Numbered from the stretch's first letter, positions 1 to 10,888 are shown. The stretch: DNA of 64,000 bases from a virus (IMGVR_UViG_3300042878_001080:1-64000); one strand, 5' to 3'. The notes: generated from the letters alone by a model not told the origin. Numbers and translations are program-made.

Positions 1-2
1 AT

Positions 3-182
3 AGTGGAACAATATCAGATAGTGCTTGGAGACCAACTCAACAATTTGTCGGAATTGGTAGTATATACGCTACTGACACAGCAAAAGGAAAAGGGAGTAT
101 CTTACAAATATACAACAGAGCACTATCATCATCAGAAGTATTACAAAATTATAACGCAGCAAAAGGAAGATTTGGATTATGA
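3..182 (+). CDS. 3' end of a LamG/concanavalin A-like domain protein (partial, not in ORF track)
   Basis: Frame +3 reads ...SILQIYNRALSSSEVLQNYNAAKGRFGL*, nearly identical to the C-terminus of the next ORF. The TGA overlaps the next ATG (ATGA). Confidence 0.85.
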   Translation, partial: SGTISDSAWRPTQQFVGIGSIYATDTAKGKGSILQIYNRALSSSEVLQNYNAAKGRFGL

Positions 183-1420
183 GTACAGTAGGAGGTGGAG
201 TAAATATTGTTAGAGATGGATTGGTTATGTATTTGGACGCTTCCAACACAAAATCGTTGGCAGATGTTCCAAGTCAGAATTTATTACCATGGAGTCAGGA
301 TTTCACTAATGTGAATTGGAATAAAATGAATATAACTGTAACTGCCAATACCACAACAGCACCCGATTTATCTAATACAGCAAACAGTGTTATACCAAAC
401 ACTGTTAATGGTGACCATTCCCTTAATGAAAATGGTGGAACTGTTAATTCTGCAAATACATATACCATATCTGTTTATGTTAAATCTAATGGGTATAATT
501 TTGTTAGATTAAGTTTTGAAGGTGCTGCAAGTAATGTTAATTATACTTTTTTTAATTTATCTAATGGGACTATAGGAAATACAAGTTCAATGTTATCAAA
601 CACAATAACCAACGTAGGAAATGGATGGTATCGTTGTAGTTCCACCCGAACAACAGATTTTTCAGGTCTTTTAAGAATGACAATATACGTCACAAGTGCA
701 AATAGTCAATTCTCCTATACTGGTGATGGTGTTTCAGGTCTTTATCTTTGGGGTACTCAATTAGAATTGGGTTCAGTTGCAACAACTTACATACCGACAA
801 CAACAGTTGCTGCATCAAGAGTACCAACATGGACAGACATATCAAAAGGGGGTAATAACGGAATATTAACAAGTGGATTTACATATAACTATTCAAATGG
901 GGGTAGTCTATTTTTTAATGGTGCGACTAGTTTTATCACAATATCAAATCCAATTAATCAATCAAATTTACTACAAGAATGGACAGTAATGGTATGGATT
1001 AATATAAGTGATAAAACTAGTCAAACATTACTAGGAGGGTTGAATCTGGGTTTATATGTTTGTTATTCTCAAGGTAATAATTCTCTACTGGCTTTAAATG
1101 ATTCATCTGGGGGGGATTATTATACATATGGCGGGGATTTAGGAGGAATAGGGTGGGTTTTAGTTAGCTTTATATTTAAAAATTTAACAGGTGAAAGATA
1201 TATTTATAGAAATGGTGTTAATATAACTACTAGTGGGCCAAATGTGTCCAGTAATCCTTTTGGTATATCATCAACATTGGTAATAGGTCAAATAAGTACT
1301 GGTAACTTAACTAGGGCATTTCAAGGATTACTGTCAAACATACAAATTTATAACAGAGCTTTATCACCATCAGAAGTATTACAAAATTATAATGCCGCAA
1401 AATCAAAATTCGGTTTATAA
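179..1420 (+). CDS. LamG-like jelly-roll virion protein with an inserted carbohydrate-binding/spike-like domain
   Basis: GLVMYLDAS...TWTDIS...NNG and C-terminal IYNRALSxxEVLQNYNA motifs typical of phage LamG proteins; about 190 aa insert NLLPWSQDF...GWYRC...WGTQLE...YIPTT. Confidence 0.75.
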   Translation: MSTVGGGVNIVRDGLVMYLDASNTKSLADVPSQNLLPWSQDFTNVNWNKMNITVTANTTTAPDLSNTANSVIPNTVNGDHSLNENGGTVNSANTYTISVYVKSNGYNFVRLSFEGAASNVNYTFFNLSNGTIGNTSSMLSNTITNVGNGWYRCSSTRTTDFSGLLRMTIYVTSANSQFSYTGDGVSGLYLWGTQLELGSVATTYIPTTTVAASRVPTWTDISKGGNNGILTSGFTYNYSNGGSLFFNGATSFITISNPINQSNLLQEWTVMVWINISDKTSQTLLGGLNLGLYVCYSQGNNSLLALNDSSGGDYYTYGGDLGGIGWVLVSFIFKNLTGERYIYRNGVNITTSGPNVSSNPFGISSTLVIGQISTGNLTRAFQGLLSNIQIYNRALSPSEVLQNYNAAKSKFGL

Positions 1421-1478
1421 TAATATCCGACATATTTATAATAAAATAACATTTACTGGAAAGGGAAAGTAAAACATT

Positions 1479-3293
1479 ATGGCATCAGAATTTAACATAA
1501 AAAATGGATTTATATCAAATAATAACTCCATCGTACAGGGTACTTTAACAGCAACAACATTATACACAACAACATCATCCGTTTACGGTAACTTATTATT
1601 AGGTACAACAACAGATAACGGTGTTTCAAAATTACAAATTAAAGGAACAACAGCATCAGATGGTCCAACATTAGGAACGGAACTTGCAACAACTGCGACA
1701 GGTACAAACTGGGTTGGAACATCATTTGCTTTAGGATATGACCACACAACAGGTAGTACAGTTGCATTGACATCTACATTAGCAGCAGTTAATGGAACTT
1801 ATTATCAAATTGCTTATACTATAACTGGTAGAACTACTGGTTCAATCTCTATAAATTATGGTGGTTCGAATAACACAAGTATAACTTCAACAGGTACTCT
1901 TGGACCATTAGCAACTACAACAGGTGTTTTAACTATAACACCAACAACTGATTTTGATGGTACATTAGTTTTAAGTGTTAAAGCACAAACAACAACAAGT
2001 GTTGCAACAACCACATTTACTAATAGTTCAGGTACAATTGTAAATGAGATTAGAAACTCAAGTAGTAATACCAATTTATTTATTGGACAAGATAGTGGTA
2101 GAAGAGTTACAACAGGATTAGGGAATATATTTTTAGGTAATGGGTCTGGTAAAAATAATACAACTGGAACTCAAAATACTTTTATAGGATTTAATTCTGG
2201 CCAGGTAAACTCTCTAGGTTTATTTAATACATTTATAGGTTATCAAACAGGTTTATTTAATACAACAGGTGGTTATAATACTTTTATAGGACAGAATGCT
2301 GGATATACTAATACAATAGGTGGTAGTAATGTATTCTTAGGACAAAGTGCTGGTTATCAAAATATTGGTGGTGGTAGTAACGTATTCTTAGGTCTTCAAG
2401 CTGGTTATAATAATACAAGTGGTGGTTCAAATATAAATATAGGTTTAAATGCTGGTTTTGCTAATCAAACAGGTAGTGAGAATGTTTTTATAGGTTATAC
2501 AGCTGGTCGATTTATTTCTAATGGTATTACAACAGCAACAGTTGTAAATAAATCAATATTAATTGGTGCCAATACAAAACCACTTGCTGATACTCAAACT
2601 AATCAAATTGTAATTGGTGATTCTACTGTAGGTCTTGGTTCAAATACTATAGTGTTAGGAAATACCTCTACAGTTACAACAGCAATTTATGGTAATCTAT
2701 TACTAGGAACAACAAGTGATGGTGGAGGTAAATTACAAATATCAGGTTCTATAAATCCAACATCAACAGTTGCTAGAGGTGCATCTATCTCTCCAACATT
2801 AGTTGCTACAGCAAATAACGATACACTTATTGGATTGGATATTAATCCAACTTTTACAAACGGAGTATTTACTGGATTAACTAATATAGCAATTAGAACA
2901 GGGGGACATATATTTCCAAGAAGCGGAAATTCTTCAGATTTAGGAGGGAGTAGTGTACCCTTTAGGGATATTATTAGTGCTGGTAATGTTTTTGCAAATT
3001 ATTTCCAAGGATATACAGGAGGATTTTATTTTGCAACGGGTTACGTGAATAAAGTCAGAGTTGTATCCAATGGAAATTTTATCATACAAGACGGTGGTAC
3101 TTTTACAGACGTATCAAGTGCAAGACTTCAAATAAATAGCACCACACAAGGTGTATTACTACCAAGAATGACGACAGCCCAAATAAACGCAATTGTTTCC
3201 CCAGTACAAGGTTTAACGGTTTTCAATACAGATTTAAACACACTTTGTTTTTATACAACATCGTGGCAAAAAGTAACTAATACAGCAATGTAA
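1479..3293 (+). CDS. Tail fibre/adhesin-like protein with 14-aa beta-roll repeats
   Basis: Tandem NxFIGxxAGxxNxxG repeats, G/T/N-rich, C-terminal STTQGVLLPRMTT...GLTVFNTD fibre module. Confidence 0.7.
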   Translation: MASEFNIKNGFISNNNSIVQGTLTATTLYTTTSSVYGNLLLGTTTDNGVSKLQIKGTTASDGPTLGTELATTATGTNWVGTSFALGYDHTTGSTVALTSTLAAVNGTYYQIAYTITGRTTGSISINYGGSNNTSITSTGTLGPLATTTGVLTITPTTDFDGTLVLSVKAQTTTSVATTTFTNSSGTIVNEIRNSSSNTNLFIGQDSGRRVTTGLGNIFLGNGSGKNNTTGTQNTFIGFNSGQVNSLGLFNTFIGYQTGLFNTTGGYNTFIGQNAGYTNTIGGSNVFLGQSAGYQNIGGGSNVFLGLQAGYNNTSGGSNINIGLNAGFANQTGSENVFIGYTAGRFISNGITTATVVNKSILIGANTKPLADTQTNQIVIGDSTVGLGSNTIVLGNTSTVTTAIYGNLLLGTTSDGGGKLQISGSINPTSTVARGASISPTLVATANNDTLIGLDINPTFTNGVFTGLTNIAIRTGGHIFPRSGNSSDLGGSSVPFRDIISAGNVFANYFQGYTGGFYFATGYVNKVRVVSNGNFIIQDGGTFTDVSSARLQINSTTQGVLLPRMTTAQINAIVSPVQGLTVFNTDLNTLCFYTTSWQKVTNTAM

Positions 3294-3314
3294 TAAAATA
3301 AATAACAAAAAATT

Positions 3315-3677
3315 ATGATACAATACGAATGGATTATTAGCAGTATGGACTGCGTACCGTCATTAGATGGTTTAACTGATGTAGTGAGCACAGTACATTG
3401 GAGATATAAAGGAACAACAGAAGAAGGTGTAATGGCTGAAATATACGGTCTTTTACCTGTCGGACAACCAAGTCCTGATAACTTTGTGGATTACTCAAAT
3501 TTAACTTTCGAACAAGTTAGTGGTTGGTTAGAAACCATCTATTCTCAGGAAATACCTGTAGAAGAAGGTCAAACAGAAATTAAAGAAACACAATTATCTT
3601 CGATGAAAAAAACTATTGAGGATAGAATCAATTTAATTTTAAACCCCCCAGTTATCACGTTACCATTACCATTTTAA
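3315..3677 (+). CDS. Small fibre-associated hypothetical protein
   Basis: 120 aa ORF with VVxTVHWRY and FVDYxxLTxEQVxGW motifs, directly downstream of the fibre gene. Confidence 0.55.
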   Translation: MIQYEWIISSMDCVPSLDGLTDVVSTVHWRYKGTTEEGVMAEIYGLLPVGQPSPDNFVDYSNLTFEQVSGWLETIYSQEIPVEEGQTEIKETQLSSMKKTIEDRINLILNPPVITLPLPF

Positions 3678-3680
3678 TTA

Positions 3681-4844
3681 ATGCAAGTAGTTGAAGTTAG
3701 TAGTTTAACCGGACATTCCCCGTACAGTATAACAATATGTGATATAACCAAGACATATTGTTATGTTGTTGCAACAGGTGTTGTATCTATACCAATAACG
3801 GTTGATATACCAACAGAATTATTGGGAACGGAAGAATTATTGGTTGTAATAACGGATTCTGCTGGTTGTGAAATGTTTCAACCATATTACTGTATTACAC
3901 CGACACCAACACCGACATTAACACCAACTCCGACAATAACCCCAACAAATATCTCATGTAATTGTATAACATTTACAAATATTGGGGTAACAACCCAAGG
4001 ATTTAGTTATATTGATTGTGAGAATCTAAGTATTGATTTTAAAATAAATTCGGGAACCACATTATATGTTTGTGGTAAATCACCGATGGTATCGGGTGAT
4101 GTAATATATTCGATGGGATTACCTTGTGTTGACAACACTTGTATATTACCAACTCCAACACCAACACCAACACAATTTAGAAACTTTAGGGTGACCAATT
4201 ACGACACTGATGGTTCCATGTTAACAGGTATAACAACAAGTTTTATTTCAACGTTTAATATTGTGTATCCATTATCTAGTGGTCACACAGGAAACGGATA
4301 TCTGTCAACAAATTCTATTGGTGATTATATGTCCTTTTCAATTACGGGTGGTTCAAACTACGCAATTAATGTTTATGTTAATAGTATATTATCGAGTGGT
4401 TATACAGGAATACCCCCATATACGGAAGTTTATTATTTAACACAAAGTATTGGTGGTAGTGATTTGTTATCTGTCGATATAATTGACCCTCTTAACCCTC
4501 CAACACAAACTCCAACACAAACTCCAACAAAAACTCCGACAAATACACCAACACCAAGTGTAACTCCGACATTAACACCAACAATAACACCGACCAATAC
4601 AGTCACACCTACGGTAACTCGAACACAAACCCCAACAGTAACCCCAACATTAACCCCGACTAATACCGTAACCCCAACACCTAGTGTAACCCCAACATTA
4701 ACCCCGACTAATACTGTTACACCAACTAAAACTGTGACCCCAACTATCACACCAACCCCAACTAGAACACCAATATATTATTTAGAACAAGCCAACGGAT
4801 TTTATGTTTTACAAGCGGATGGTTCAAAACTTATTATAACATAA
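3681..4844 (+). CDS. Thr-Pro repeat (mucin-like), Cys-containing putative virion protein
   Basis: Three TP tracts, the last about 90 aa, separating small Cys-containing modules. Confidence 0.7.
   Translation: MQVVEVSSLTGHSPYSITICDITKTYCYVVATGVVSIPITVDIPTELLGTEELLVVITDSAGCEMFQPYYCITPTPTPTLTPTPTITPTNISCNCITFTNIGVTTQGFSYIDCENLSIDFKINSGTTLYVCGKSPMVSGDVIYSMGLPCVDNTCILPTPTPTPTQFRNFRVTNYDTDGSMLTGITTSFISTFNIVYPLSSGHTGNGYLSTNSIGDYMSFSITGGSNYAINVYVNSILSSGYTGIPPYTEVYYLTQSIGGSDLLSVDIIDPLNPPTQTPTQTPTKTPTNTPTPSVTPTLTPTITPTNTVTPTVTRTQTPTVTPTLTPTNTVTPTPSVTPTLTPTNTVTPTKTVTPTITPTPTRTPIYYLEQANGFYVLQADGSKLIIT
4498..4772 (+). repeat. Degenerate coding repeat encoding a (T-P-T-x)n tract
   Basis: Recurring acacca/accccaaca units; translation [24 protein letters not shown]... 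Confidence 0.9.
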
Positions 4845-4864
4845 ACTATTTATAAATAAAAAAT

Positions 4865-5503
4865 ATGCCAGATTTACCAATATCATCACTACCCGAATTA
4901 ACCGCCATGACTTCAAATGCGGAATTCGTTGTTGAACAGTCAGGTACAACATACAAAGTTAAGAAAACAGTGTTATCACCATTAACAACTGCTTATGGTC
5001 TGTATTCCCAAACAGGTGATAGTGCTACGGTATCAGCAACCACTGTTGAAACGAGTATAATAGGTCCGGGTGTTGGAACATTAACAGTCCCAGCAAATGG
5101 GTTTAGTGTTGGTGATTCGTTTCAAGTATCATTCGATGGTATTTTGTCTTGTATTAACACCGCAACAATCAACATTCACGTTAGAACAACTGGTGGGGCA
5201 TTACTCATTGATACAGGAGTAATAGATTTGGACACCTCAACCTCAAGGCCTTGGTTATTAACACTATATTTCACGATAAGAAAAATCGGAGGAACCACAG
5301 TTGCTTCAATATCATCCGGCGGACTATTCTCCTACCTTAAAGATGCTAGTATTACCTATGAAGGATATCCGTTAAGTGAGATTAATAATACGACATTTGA
5401 CACCACAATAATCAACACATTATCAGTGAATGTCCAATGGAATACCGCTAATGTGGGAAATCAAATATTTTCAAGAAATTTTACATTAACTAAAATATTT
5501 TAA
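4865..5503 (+). CDS. Putative virion structural protein
   Basis: N-terminal MPDLPISSLPEL type start seen in fibre/decoration proteins; beta-rich S/T/G composition; TATTTATA box upstream. Confidence 0.55.
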   Translation: MPDLPISSLPELTAMTSNAEFVVEQSGTTYKVKKTVLSPLTTAYGLYSQTGDSATVSATTVETSIIGPGVGTLTVPANGFSVGDSFQVSFDGILSCINTATINIHVRTTGGALLIDTGVIDLDTSTSRPWLLTLYFTIRKIGGTTVASISSGGLFSYLKDASITYEGYPLSEINNTTFDTTIINTLSVNVQWNTANVGNQIFSRNFTLTKIF

Positions 5504-5580
5504 GGAGAACGATAACACTAATTAAATAAAATTATTTATCTTTTATTTTAAGTTATTATTATTAATTTAAAATAAAAAAG

Positions 5581-6831
5581 ATGAATAAGATTTTTATACA
5601 AATTGCCGCTTATCGCGACCCCCAACTTAACATAACAATTAAGGATTGTATTAAGAACGCTAAATACCCTAAGAATTTGGTATTTGGCATTTGTAATCAA
5701 CACCACCCTGATGATGAATTTAATATTGACGAATATCAAAAGGACAAAAGATTTAAAATTGAGAATGTTTTATATTCCGATTCTAAAGGAGCTTGTTGGG
5801 CAAGAAATTTACTACAACAAAGATATAGTGGTGAAACCTACACACTACAAATAGATTCCCATATGAGGTTTGCTCCGAATTGGGATGTCGAATTAATTAA
5901 AATGATTAAACAACTCCAAAAGAAAGGATTTAAGAAACCTTTATTAACGGGATATGTTTCTTCGTTCGACCCGGATAATGACCCGGAAGGAAGAGTCCAA
6001 GAACCTTGGAGGATGGCTTTTGATAGATTTATTCCGGAAGGAGCCGTGTTTTTCCTACCTGAAACAATCCCCGGTTGGCAAACATTAACAGAACCAGTTC
6101 CGGCAAGATTCTATTCAGCACATTTTTGTTTCACATTAGGACAATTTAGTGAAGAAGTTCAACACGATAATGAATTCTACTTTCATGGTGAGGAAATATC
6201 TGTAGGTGTTAGAGCTTACACTCACGGATACGACCTATTCCATCCACACAAAACATTAATTTGGCACGAATACACGAGAAAAGATAGAGTTAAATCTTGG
6301 GATGATGACAAAGAGTGGGGTAAGAAAAATGAATCCGCACATTCAAAAAATAGAAAACTATTCTCGATGGATGGTGAAGTTTATAATCCCGAAGAATTTG
6401 GTAAATACGGATTTGGTACCGAAAGAACCCTTAAAGATTATGAAATATATTCAGGTCTTAAGTTTTCAAATAGAGCCGTTCAACAATACACATTAGATAA
6501 ACATTATCCCCCAAACCCCCAAGTTTTTGAAACTGAAGAAGAGTGGTTGGCAAGTTATGCGAGTATCTTCAAACATTGTATCGATATTGGATTTTCTCAA
6601 GTTCCGGAAAAGGATTACGACTTTTGGGTTGTTGCTTTCCACGATGAAAACGATGAAACTCTCTTTAGAAAAGATGCCGATATCAACGAAATTAACAATA
6701 TGTTAAGAGACCCTGATGGGTATTGTAAAGTTTGGAGAGAATTTCAAACCGTTCATAAACCAAAATACTGGGTTGTTTGGCCGTTTAGTAAGTCAAAAGG
6801 TTGGTGTGATAGAATAACGGGAAATTTATAA
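5581..6831 (+). CDS. GT60-like polypeptide alpha-GlcNAc transferase (Skp1/Gnt1-type GlcNAc family)
   Basis: IFIQIAAYRDPQL, SKGACWAR, LQIDSHMRF (DxH metal motif) and FHGEEI signatures of the family. Confidence 0.85.
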   Translation: MNKIFIQIAAYRDPQLNITIKDCIKNAKYPKNLVFGICNQHHPDDEFNIDEYQKDKRFKIENVLYSDSKGACWARNLLQQRYSGETYTLQIDSHMRFAPNWDVELIKMIKQLQKKGFKKPLLTGYVSSFDPDNDPEGRVQEPWRMAFDRFIPEGAVFFLPETIPGWQTLTEPVPARFYSAHFCFTLGQFSEEVQHDNEFYFHGEEISVGVRAYTHGYDLFHPHKTLIWHEYTRKDRVKSWDDDKEWGKKNESAHSKNRKLFSMDGEVYNPEEFGKYGFGTERTLKDYEIYSGLKFSNRAVQQYTLDKHYPPNPQVFETEEEWLASYASIFKHCIDIGFSQVPEKDYDFWVVAFHDENDETLFRKDADINEINNMLRDPDGYCKVWREFQTVHKPKYWVVWPFSKSKGWCDRITGNL

Positions 6832-8472
6832 ATGTTTAAAATTAATGATGTTAGAAAAGTTGTAATAAACCTTAAACGAAGACCTGATAGATTAGAACAA
6901 TTCAATCAAGAAATGAACTATATGGGTTGGGATTACGAGGTGTTTGAAGCAATTGATGGTGGTGGATATGTCGGATGTGCTTTATCTCATCAAAAAATTA
7001 TTGAGGATTTTTTAAAAACCGATGATGAATATATTATGGTTTTTGAGGATGATTCTTTTTTTATGCCTTATACTAAAAATCAATTAGAAAAATCTTTAAA
7101 CGAATTATCTAATCTTGATTGGGATTTTTTTCATTTAGGTCCAAGTATAAATTGCCCTGTAAATAATTTTTCAGATAATTTATTAAATTTATCTAAATTA
7201 CCAGAACAAGAACCTCACCATAGAGGGATTTATAACACCGTTTGTTACATTACTAATAAAAAGTTTGCCAAAAAAATACTTGAGTGGAAAGTTAATAACC
7301 AAAAAGCTATCGACCAATTTTTTTATGAGGACATATACAATCAATTAAATTGTTACGCACCTTCAATACCGTTAGTCACACAAAAAAATGGTTTTTCAGA
7401 CATTAATAATACAAACGATAATAATCATTATCTTATCACATATAATTGGAATTTATATACCCAAAACAAAATTAGTGCCTTTTATTACGACATTAATCAA
7501 TGTGAAAAAGAAAAAAAAATAATAGAAAAACCAATTACCGTTATTAGTGAGATTATAGAGTCAAAATTACAATTATTAGAAGTTAAGACCGAACATAAGG
7601 TTAAATTTATTACAGCCATTTACGCTAATCTATATGGTACCGAATTAGGTGGAAGACCTAATCGTCACGGACATTATAGATGGAGTTTATTATCCATATT
7701 AAAAATGACTAACGCTGATTTCATTTGTTACACCTCAGATGAGGAATTTGATGATTTAGTTAAGTTTTTTTATATAGAGAATAACATTAGTAACGAAAAA
7801 TTACAGATAGTTAAATTTAATCTGTTTAATAATGAGTTTTCTGAAATTATTAACAAATATAAAGATGTTGAGGGAATTAAACGAGGTGATAGATGTATCG
7901 AAATTCAATATATGAAATTCTTATGGTTTTTAACTGAAGATAAAACATATGATTATTATTTTTGGATTGATGCAGGATTATCCCATTGTGGATTAATACC
8001 AAATAAATACCTCTCTTTAACAGGCCCACATAACCAAGGTTATTATGAAAGTCCTTTATTTAATAATGTGTTTTTAAATAATTTAATTAAAAATACCGGA
8101 GATAAATTTACCCTTATTGGAAAAGAAAACGAGCGAAATTTTTGGTCGGGAACCGTAAATCCAATACATTTTATCGAATACAATCGAAGTATTCATATTA
8201 TTGGAGGTATGTTCGGTGGTAGAAAAGAATTGTGGGAAAGAATTGTTCAATTATTTAAAGGATATGTTTATAAAGTTACCGAATACGATAACCGATTATA
8301 TCACGAAGAAGATATTATGACATTAATGTTTAGAAATCACCCGGAATTATTTCACGATTATTATTTTGAAACTTGGTGGCACGAGGATGAAAGAATGGCC
8401 GGAACAGATATGGCGGAACACGTTAAAAACAATAAAAGCTTTTATAAAATATTAGAAGAATTAAATGAATAA
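6832..8472 (+). CDS. Two-domain glycosyltransferase: GT25-like + HtrL/WlaTC-like
   Basis: N-half VINLKRRPDR, GCALSH, FEDD; C-half FWIDAG, IGGMFGG, HEEDIM. Confidence 0.75.
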   Translation: MFKINDVRKVVINLKRRPDRLEQFNQEMNYMGWDYEVFEAIDGGGYVGCALSHQKIIEDFLKTDDEYIMVFEDDSFFMPYTKNQLEKSLNELSNLDWDFFHLGPSINCPVNNFSDNLLNLSKLPEQEPHHRGIYNTVCYITNKKFAKKILEWKVNNQKAIDQFFYEDIYNQLNCYAPSIPLVTQKNGFSDINNTNDNNHYLITYNWNLYTQNKISAFYYDINQCEKEKKIIEKPITVISEIIESKLQLLEVKTEHKVKFITAIYANLYGTELGGRPNRHGHYRWSLLSILKMTNADFICYTSDEEFDDLVKFFYIENNISNEKLQIVKFNLFNNEFSEIINKYKDVEGIKRGDRCIEIQYMKFLWFLTEDKTYDYYFWIDAGLSHCGLIPNKYLSLTGPHNQGYYESPLFNNVFLNNLIKNTGDKFTLIGKENERNFWSGTVNPIHFIEYNRSIHIIGGMFGGRKELWERIVQLFKGYVYKVTEYDNRLYHEEDIMTLMFRNHPELFHDYYFETWWHEDERMAGTDMAEHVKNNKSFYKILEELNE

Positions 8473-10141
8473 GGTAACATTAGTAACAGGATTATGGGAC
8501 ATAGGTAGAGGCGACCTACAAGAGGGTTGGTCTCGTTCATTTCAACATTATTTAGATAAATTCCAACAACTATTACAAGTTGATGTGAATATGATAATCT
8601 TTGGAGATGAAGAACTAGAAAAATTTGTATCTCAACATAGAAATAACGAAAACACACAATTTGTTCGTAGAAATTTATCTTGGTTTAAAAACAACGATTT
8701 TTACGATAAAATACAATCAATTAGAACAAACCCCGATTGGTTTAACCAAGTTGGGTGGTTATCAGAATCTACACAAGCTAAATTAGAAATGTATAATCCT
8801 TTGGTAATGTCCAAGGTGTATCTTTTACACGATGCAAAGATTTTAGATAAATTTGATTCAGAATATATGTTTTGGATTGACGCTGGTTTAACAAATACGA
8901 TTCACCCGGGTTATTTTAGCCACGACAAAGTTTTAGATAAATTACCAAAGTTAGTTAAGAACTTCCATTTTGTTTGTTTTCCTTACGAAACAAATAGTGA
9001 GATTCACGGATTCAAATACCAAGAATTAAGTGAATTAGCGGGAAAACCTGTTAATATGGTTGCTCGAGCAGGTTTCTTTGGTGGAAAAAAAGATGTTATA
9101 TCAGAAATTAATAGTATCTACTATGGTTTAATGAACGATACATTATCTCAAGGATTAATGGGTACCGAAGAGTCATTATTTACAATTATGACGTATAAGT
9201 ATCCAAATTTAATTACTTACTCTGAAATAGAGGATAATGGGTTAATGGGTAAATTTTTTGAGGATTTAAAGAACACAACCGTTGAGGTTAAATCGGAAGT
9301 ATCTAAAGATGTTGTTGTTAATAATTTGGACACATCAAAAGTTGGTCTTTATGTAATCACATTTAACTCACCTAAACAATTTGAAACATTAATTAAAAGT
9401 ATGTTAGAATATGATTCAGATTTTATTACCAAAACTAAAAAATTCTTATTAGATAACTCAACGGATTTATCAACTACTCCGAGATATATTGAGTTATGTG
9501 AGGAGTATAATTTTGAGCACATTAAGAAAGTTAATTTAGGTATTTGTGGAGGAAGACAATTTGTTTCAGACCATTTTAATGATTCTGATTTAGAAGTTGG
9601 AATTTGGTCGGAAGACGATATGTTTTTTCAAAATAAACCGGATGAAACTTGTAGAAACGGATTTAATCGTTATACACCAAACTTATACCAAAAATGTTTA
9701 GAGATATTACAAAAAGAAAACTTCGATGTATTAAAGTTAAACTTTAGTGAATTTTTTGGTGATAATAGTGTGCAGTGGAGTTGGTATAATACACCACAAG
9801 ATTTTAGACAAAAAAATTGGCCAAATAAACCAAAACTACCGGTTCAAGGGTTGGACCCTAATGCTCCTTTAACAGAATTTAAAAATATTAAATCACATAA
9901 AGGATTACCTTACGCAACAGGTGAAATTTATTACTGTAATTGGACTCATTTTTTTACAAAAGAAGGTAATCGTAAAATGTTTCAAGAAACAAAATGGGAC
10001 AGGCCTTTTGAGAATACGTGGATGTCACACATTTATCAAGAAACAATAAAAGGAAAAATCAATTCTGCTTTATTACTGTTAACACCAATAGAACACAATC
10101 GATTCGAACACTATTCCGCGGAATTAAGAAAAGAATCTTAG
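8465..10141 (+). CDS. Two-domain glycosyltransferase: HtrL/WlaTC-like + GT-A (GT2-like)
   Basis: TLVTGLWDIGR, FWIDAG, GFFGG, GTEES; C-half YVITFNS, LDNS, NLGICGGR, EDDM. Confidence 0.7.
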   Translation: MNKVTLVTGLWDIGRGDLQEGWSRSFQHYLDKFQQLLQVDVNMIIFGDEELEKFVSQHRNNENTQFVRRNLSWFKNNDFYDKIQSIRTNPDWFNQVGWLSESTQAKLEMYNPLVMSKVYLLHDAKILDKFDSEYMFWIDAGLTNTIHPGYFSHDKVLDKLPKLVKNFHFVCFPYETNSEIHGFKYQELSELAGKPVNMVARAGFFGGKKDVISEINSIYYGLMNDTLSQGLMGTEESLFTIMTYKYPNLITYSEIEDNGLMGKFFEDLKNTTVEVKSEVSKDVVVNNLDTSKVGLYVITFNSPKQFETLIKSMLEYDSDFITKTKKFLLDNSTDLSTTPRYIELCEEYNFEHIKKVNLGICGGRQFVSDHFNDSDLEVGIWSEDDMFFQNKPDETCRNGFNRYTPNLYQKCLEILQKENFDVLKLNFSEFFGDNSVQWSWYNTPQDFRQKNWPNKPKLPVQGLDPNAPLTEFKNIKSHKGLPYATGEIYYCNWTHFFTKEGNRKMFQETKWDRPFENTWMSHIYQETIKGKINSALLLLTPIEHNRFEHYSAELRKES

Positions 10142-10752
10142 TTTAATATTTTATTACTTTTTCTCAAATTATCTTCAGCCCATAGAGGCTGAAGATTTGT
10201 GTAATGATAAAGTTTATAAACATCTTTTTCTGTCTTAGCTGAAGACACTGGTATTATATGGTCTAAATGCCACCCATAGTACCCATAATTGTCCCAAGAC
10301 ATACCTTCAGTAAATTTATTCTCAATATATCCCATTAAAAATTCATAATCACACCCAACTAAATTAAGTGTTTTAGGATTATTGTATTGTTTATTAAGTA
10401 ATTGATTTATTCTTGACCTTAAAGAATTTTTAATTTTATTTTTTGGGTCTGAATTATACTCATTTATATATTTTTTCCTATGTTCTTTATTTTTATCTAC
10501 CCATTTTTTAAAATATTCCGGATTATTTTTTTTATATATCCGACATTTTTCTTTGTTAATTTCAGGGTTTTCTATCCTGAATTGTTTTCCCTTTTCAGAA
10601 ATTATTTTTGCATTTTTTTTATTATAATCAAATGAAGATTCATTCATACACTTTTTACATTGACCTCTATAAATGTTTGGATTTTTACTGTGTTTATAAA
10701 ACTCACAAACCTCTTTTTTTTCTTTACACTTACTACATATCTTTTTTTCCAT
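10138..10752 (-). CDS. HNH homing-type endonuclease with N-terminal Zn finger (copy 1)
   Basis: CSKC...CKKC, WHLDHIIP...HYTNLQPLWAEDNLRKS. Confidence 0.85.
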   Translation of the reverse strand: MEKKICSKCKEKKEVCEFYKHSKNPNIYRGQCKKCMNESSFDYNKKNAKIISEKGKQFRIENPEINKEKCRIYKKNNPEYFKKWVDKNKEHRKKYINEYNSDPKNKIKNSLRSRINQLLNKQYNNPKTLNLVGCDYEFLMGYIENKFTEGMSWDNYGYYGWHLDHIIPVSSAKTEKDVYKLYHYTNLQPLWAEDNLRKSNKILN

Positions 10753-10888
10753 AATACTCTTTTAATAATTTATTAAGTAATGTTGATTTTTTAATTTTTT
10801 CTTTAACCATTCGGTCAAATAAATCACGGTCTAAACTTATTCCAAATTTTACCTTTCTATCTTCTTCTAATTTTGTTGGTCTTGCCAT
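10733..10888 (-). CDS. Small ribbon-helix-helix-like protein (51 aa, not in ORF track), partner of HNH copy 1
   Basis: MARPTKLEEDRKVKFGISLDRDLFDRMVKEKIKKSTLLNKLLKEYYGKKDM*; homologous ORFs precede the other two HNH genes. Confidence 0.8.
   Translation of the reverse strand: MARPTKLEEDRKVKFGISLDRDLFDRMVKEKIKKSTLLNKLLKEYYGKKDM

Noticed and set aside
4-213. ORF track 69 aa protein
   Set aside because: Wrong frame; the frame starting at base 3 encodes a clear LamG C-terminus.
100-1420. Diversity-generating retroelement TR/VR pair from the similar 3' ends of the two LamG genes
   Set aside because: Differences are mostly synonymous and not confined to adenines, both copies are coding, and no reverse transcriptase is present in the window.
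4433-4750. Minus-strand Val/Gly-rich 105 aa ORF
   Set aside because: Antisense shadow of the Thr-Pro repeat.
5581-10141. GT cluster as a DNA hypermodification or serotype-conversion locus
   Set aside because: No base-modifying enzymes, flippase or membrane GT nearby, and the context is structural. Not excluded, but less supported than protein glycosylation.
10138-10888. IS element or transposon
   Set aside because: No transposase, terminal inverted repeats or target-site duplication recognised.
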